Assembly (NCBI GenBank): GCA_963725665.1
Contig: CAVRZA010000006.1
Span: forward strand, 96,001 to 160,000
Direction: 5' to 3'
From: an uncultured Actinomycetes bacterium
GTDB lineage: Bacteria; Actinomycetota; Thermoleophilia; UBA2241
Length of the DNA: 64,000 bases
A program made the translations under genes and the position numbers. Positions within the stretch are counted from its first letter, which is position 1, and the number at the start of each line of letters is the position of its first letter. Shown piece by piece: positions 60,442-64,000 of the stretch. Under the pieces are notes generated by a model. It worked only from the letters and a program-made list of their open reading frames with translations. It did not search any database and was not told the DNA's origin.

Positions 60442-60607
60442 AGACTGCTGCTACTGGGGCACGTATGTTGGCCGTCCGCCCGTGTCCCGCGCAACGCGAG
60501 GGGCCGGGAGTCGATGCCGCTGCTGAAGCAGGACTACATGGAGCTCCACCGAGAAGTGAAGCCGTGCTAAGGAGACCTCAACCGATTTCGGGCACCAAGG
60601 TGACAGA

Positions 60608-61339
60608 GTGAGCGAAACTCCGATCGCCCCACATGGGCGTCGGGCGCAGCAGCGCACCCTGTCGAGCGGCATCGGCGCCCGCGTTGCTGACCGACGCCGC
60701 AGGATGGGACTGCGAGTCGCGGATCTGGCCGGAGTGGTCGGCGTTTCGCCGAGCCTGATCAGCCAGATCGAGCGCGGCCGGACGACTCCATCCGTGGCGA
60801 CGCTCTTCATGCTTGCCAAGGCGCTCTCTGTCTCAGTCGACGATCTCTTCGAGGAAGCGGGTTCGAGCAGTAAGGTCCATCCTCTCGCCCCAGCCGCAGC
60901 GGATGGGCTCCTTGACGAACCCACAGAATGGAACGCCTCGTCGGACTCGACTTCAAGCATTGGCCAGGATCGGTACCTCGTCCGGAGAAGTCATCGGGCG
61001 ACCCTTGACATCAGAGGCGGAATCCAATGGGAACGCTTGACACCGAGAGCTTTCGGCAACGTGGAGTTCCTTGAGCTGGTCTATGGACCCAGGGCAGAGT
61101 CGCATCCGCAACTGTACAGGCATCCAGGGTGGGAGATGGTCGTTGTGCTCTCTGGGCGGCTGGACATCTTCGTAGGCTTCGAGCGTTACGATCTGAGCCT
61201 GGGGGACAGCCTGTGCTTCCCGTCGAGCAGGCCACACCGGTACGTCAATCCGGCTGATGTGACGACCAGGGCGATCTCGGTGATTCTGCCCGACGCAACG
61301 TTCGCCGACGTCCTCGGGGACGACAAGAGCGGGCCGTGA
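60608..61339 (+). CDS. XRE family HTH regulator with C-terminal cupin
   Basis: LAGVVGVSPSLISQIERG..PSV.TL; HPGWE, GDSLCFPS..PH.Y.N. Confidence 0.9.
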   Translation: MSETPIAPHGRRAQQRTLSSGIGARVADRRRRMGLRVADLAGVVGVSPSLISQIERGRTTPSVATLFMLAKALSVSVDDLFEEAGSSSKVHPLAPAAADGLLDEPTEWNASSDSTSSIGQDRYLVRRSHRATLDIRGGIQWERLTPRAFGNVEFLELVYGPRAESHPQLYRHPGWEMVVVLSGRLDIFVGFERYDLSLGDSLCFPSSRPHRYVNPADVTTRAISVILPDATFADVLGDDKSGP

Positions 61340-61519
61340 GCCTTCATCTAGCACCAAGAACCAGGGGAGCAGGATAAGTTCGCCGTGGCGCACTGCAAGC
61401 AGGCCCAGGCGGGGTCAAGCGGTGACGGACTGCTCGTCGGGTAAAGTACGCGGTGCGAGTGGGTAACCACCGGGACCCCGACAACCCCAGTCCGCCCACA
61501 CCTCGGACCGAGACGGACA

Positions 61520-62821
61520 ATGGAGAGCCGGCGCGAGACCGAAAGGATGCCCATGGATGAGCCCTGGAGAACCGACGACTTCTTCGTCAGCCCGTGGAAC
61601 TATCAGCCCGAGGTGAGGGAGGGGTTCACGCCGCCTGATCGCGTGGCCGTACACGACCTGACCCTGCGCGACGGCGAGCAGCAGGCCGGCATCGAGTTCA
61701 CCGCCGACCAGAAGGTGCGCATCGCCGAGGCTCTGGCGGAGGCCGGCGTCGACCGCATCGAAGCCGGCATGCCGGCGGTCTCGCCGTCCGACGCCGAGGC
61801 TGTCAGGCGCATCGCGTCCGCCGGCCTCCCCTCACGCATCTTCGCCTTCTCACGGTGCATGGTCTCGGACGTCGAGAAGGCGCTCGAGGCGGGCGTGACG
61901 GGGATCATCATGGAAGTGCCGGTCAGCCGTCACATCATCGAGTTCGCCTACCGCTGGCCGTACGAGCGTGCGCTCGAGACGACGATCAAGGCCACGAAGT
62001 TCGCTCACGAGAACGGCCTCGAAGTCATCTTCTTCCCCATCGACTCGACGAGGGCGGGCATCAGCGAGTTCCTCGACCTCATCCAGACGATCGAGCGTGA
62101 GGGTCATATGGACGGCCTGGTGCTCGTTGACACGTTCGGGGTGCTGTCGCCGCCGGCGGCCTCGTTTATGGTGCGCAAGGTGAAGGAGCGGATCAGCAAG
62201 CCGCTCGAAACACACTTCCACAACGACTTCGATCTCGGTGTGGCGAACACAGTCACTGCCGTCGCGCAGGGGGTGGATACGGTCCAGGTGTCCGTGAGCG
62301 GCATCGGCGAACGGGCCGGAAACGTGCCGCTCGAGGAGACGCTGCTTGCGCTGAAGATGCTCTACGGGATCGAGAGCAACGTCGATCTGTCCAAGCTGTA
62401 TGGCTTGTCGAAGCTCGTCCGCGATATCGCCGGTGTGTCGGTGCCACCCAACCGGAGCATCGTGGGCGACAAGATCTTCCACGTCGAGTCCGGCATCATC
62501 GTGAGCTGGGTCAAGAATTCCGGCGCGGAGCATCTGACCGAAGCCTTCCCGTTCCGTCCCGAGCTCGTGGGTCAGAGCGGTCCCGAGATCGTCCTGGGAA
62601 AGGGAAGTGGGCTCGACTCCGTGCTCATCTGGCTCGATCGCCTAGGGCTCGGCCCTGCAGAGGGCGACGAGGCATCGGAGATCCTGCAGGAGGTGAAGGC
62701 GAGGTCACTCGCCAAGCGGGGGTTGATCAGCGAGGACGAGTTTCGGGAAATCGCTGAAACCGTGCTCTCGCCAAGAAGGGAACCGACGGAATCGGGCCTC
62801 CCCGCTACAGGATCCTCTTAG
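61520..62821 (+). CDS. LeuA/homocitrate synthase-like DRE-TIM enzyme lacking a regulatory domain
   Basis: HDLTLRDGEQ, IEAGMP, VDTFG, HFHNDFD, GIGERAGN, ESGI, LGKGSG. The start could be a few codons downstream. Confidence 0.85.
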   Translation: MESRRETERMPMDEPWRTDDFFVSPWNYQPEVREGFTPPDRVAVHDLTLRDGEQQAGIEFTADQKVRIAEALAEAGVDRIEAGMPAVSPSDAEAVRRIASAGLPSRIFAFSRCMVSDVEKALEAGVTGIIMEVPVSRHIIEFAYRWPYERALETTIKATKFAHENGLEVIFFPIDSTRAGISEFLDLIQTIEREGHMDGLVLVDTFGVLSPPAASFMVRKVKERISKPLETHFHNDFDLGVANTVTAVAQGVDTVQVSVSGIGERAGNVPLEETLLALKMLYGIESNVDLSKLYGLSKLVRDIAGVSVPPNRSIVGDKIFHVESGIIVSWVKNSGAEHLTEAFPFRPELVGQSGPEIVLGKGSGLDSVLIWLDRLGLGPAEGDEASEILQEVKARSLAKRGLISEDEFREIAETVLSPRREPTESGLPATGSS

Positions 62822-63063
62822 CGCCCCGTCTCGTCGAGACATGTCCGCGTGACTTGGATCGCGGAGGGAAAGACCTGCCGGCCACCGCGACGGACTGACA
62901 ACGTTGGATTCACTTCCGTCAGTCCTGGATCCGGACAAGCCATCACACCGTTATCTGGTGCGGCATGGCGACCGGCGTCGTCTGTCATCAGGGCGGGCCG
63001 ACGCCACGGGCGAGCGCAGTCTCTGCACAGTCCAGTTCTCAAGAAGGCGCTCTCCCATCGTCG

Positions 63064-63999
63064 CTAGAGAGAATCCGGCAGGCCGCGTTCATCGCTTTCG
63101 TTCTCGTCAAGCCCGCACTCGATGTGGCCTCGTATGGCCAGATACACCGCCGAATAGTCCAAGTGGCCCAGCCCGAGAGTCTGCGCCCGTCTGAACTGGC
63201 GCGATGCAGCCTCGATGACGGGCACAGCCACTCCGTGTTGCTGAGCCAACTCGACTGCAGACATAAGATCCTTTGTCTCGAGATCGAGAGAGAAGAGGGG
63301 TGCATAGTCGCTTGAGGCAGGGTGAGCTGGATCGGCACCGGGTGCCGGGAAACGCACGCGGAGCACTCGGGAGTCTGCGGTCGAATGCGTGAGAACGTGG
63401 TAGAGGGCCTGTTGACCGAGCCCTTCTCGTCGTGCCATCTCGCAGGCCTCGGCCAGGCCGCCCATGGTGCATCCGATGATGGCATTGTTGCAGAGCTTGG
63501 CAGCTTGCCCCTTGCCTGGGCCGCCGACGTGAAGGATCAGCTCACCGATTGCTTCGAGCACCGTCCGGCACTCTTCCAAGACCTCTTCTCGGCCACCCAC
63601 CATGATGGTGAGGCTGCCGTCAGCCGCCCCCCTTGGACCACCGCTCACGGGGGCATCAAGCCATCTCAGACCGAGCGCCTCGAGCCGAGATGCCATTTCG
63701 CGAGCGAAATGGGGTGAGGTAGTAGATGTGTCAACGATGATGGCTCCCTGGGCTGCTGCCGAGCAGGCTCCATCGTCGTCGAATAGGGCTGACTCGACCG
63801 CCGTGGGTGACGGTAGCGAGAGCATGATGAGCTCTGCGCCGACCACCGTTTCGGCAGGTGTTGGTCTCGAAGGAGCCCCGAGAAGCGTGAGTCGTTCGGA
63901 GTCAAGGTCACAGGCAACGAGCTCGTGGCCAGAGCTCTTTAGCTTCTTCGCCATAGGAAGGCCCATGGTGCCGATGCCTATGAAGGCGATACGGGTCAA
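63064..63999 (-). CDS. Beta-hydroxyacid dehydrogenase (3-hydroxyisobutyrate dehydrogenase family); start at window edge
   Basis: GIGTMG, DTST, DAPVSGG, KLCNN, KDL. Confidence 0.88.
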   Translation of the reverse strand: MTRIAFIGIGTMGLPMAKKLKSSGHELVACDLDSERLTLLGAPSRPTPAETVVGAELIMLSLPSPTAVESALFDDDGACSAAAQGAIIVDTSTTSPHFAREMASRLEALGLRWLDAPVSGGPRGAADGSLTIMVGGREEVLEECRTVLEAIGELILHVGGPGKGQAAKLCNNAIIGCTMGGLAEACEMARREGLGQQALYHVLTHSTADSRVLRVRFPAPGADPAHPASSDYAPLFSLDLETKDLMSAVELAQQHGVAVPVIEAASRQFRRAQTLGLGHLDYSAVYLAIRGHIECGLDENESDERGLPDSL

Positions 64000-64000
64000 T

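Noticed and set aside
1-64000. CRISPR arrays, tRNA/rRNA genes, integrases, defence systems
   Set aside because: No spaced direct repeats, cloverleaf-like segments or relevant protein motifs were found by inspection.

Overview
High-GC bacterial DNA, probably an anaerobic or facultative actinobacterium (inferred from composition and gene style only). It is almost entirely a catabolic accessory region. (1) 1-11 kb: two divergently transcribed Mo-bis-PGD enzyme operons of the pyrogallol transhydroxylase (AthL/beta) family flank a Moco-riboswitch-led modABC-mobB cassette. One large subunit keeps the full transhydroxylase active site; the other is a divergent paralogue. (2) 11-16 kb: MFS transporter, non-pyrrolysine MttB, Fic protein and a pRiA4b-ORF3-family gene. 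(3) 16-23 kb: an operon with split transketolase, IolN-like cyclic-diketone hydrolase, IclR, IolO-like epimerase, Zn dehydrogenase and cupin. The two Mo-enzyme promoters and this operon's promoter share a tandem 15-bp box (K-TCCG-N5-YGG) just after the -10 element, suggesting one IclR regulon that couples polyhydroxybenzene and cyclitol/inosose chemistry. (4) 23-64 kb: FAD/Fe-S dehydrogenase, an orphan ilvC with an NADH-type cofactor loop, and GntR- and XRE-associated clusters. These contain three Dabb-barrel proteins, three amidohydrolase-2 enzymes, M24-fold hydrolases, SDRs, a cyclic amidohydrolase, amidase, cyclase, DUF362, two NitT/TauT ABC systems with Tat-lipoprotein receptors, a LeuA-like enzyme and several gene relics. 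Many genes carry single-base frameshifts that look like assembly indels. No CRISPR, tRNA, rRNA or transposase was seen. Family calls come from motif recognition, not database searches.
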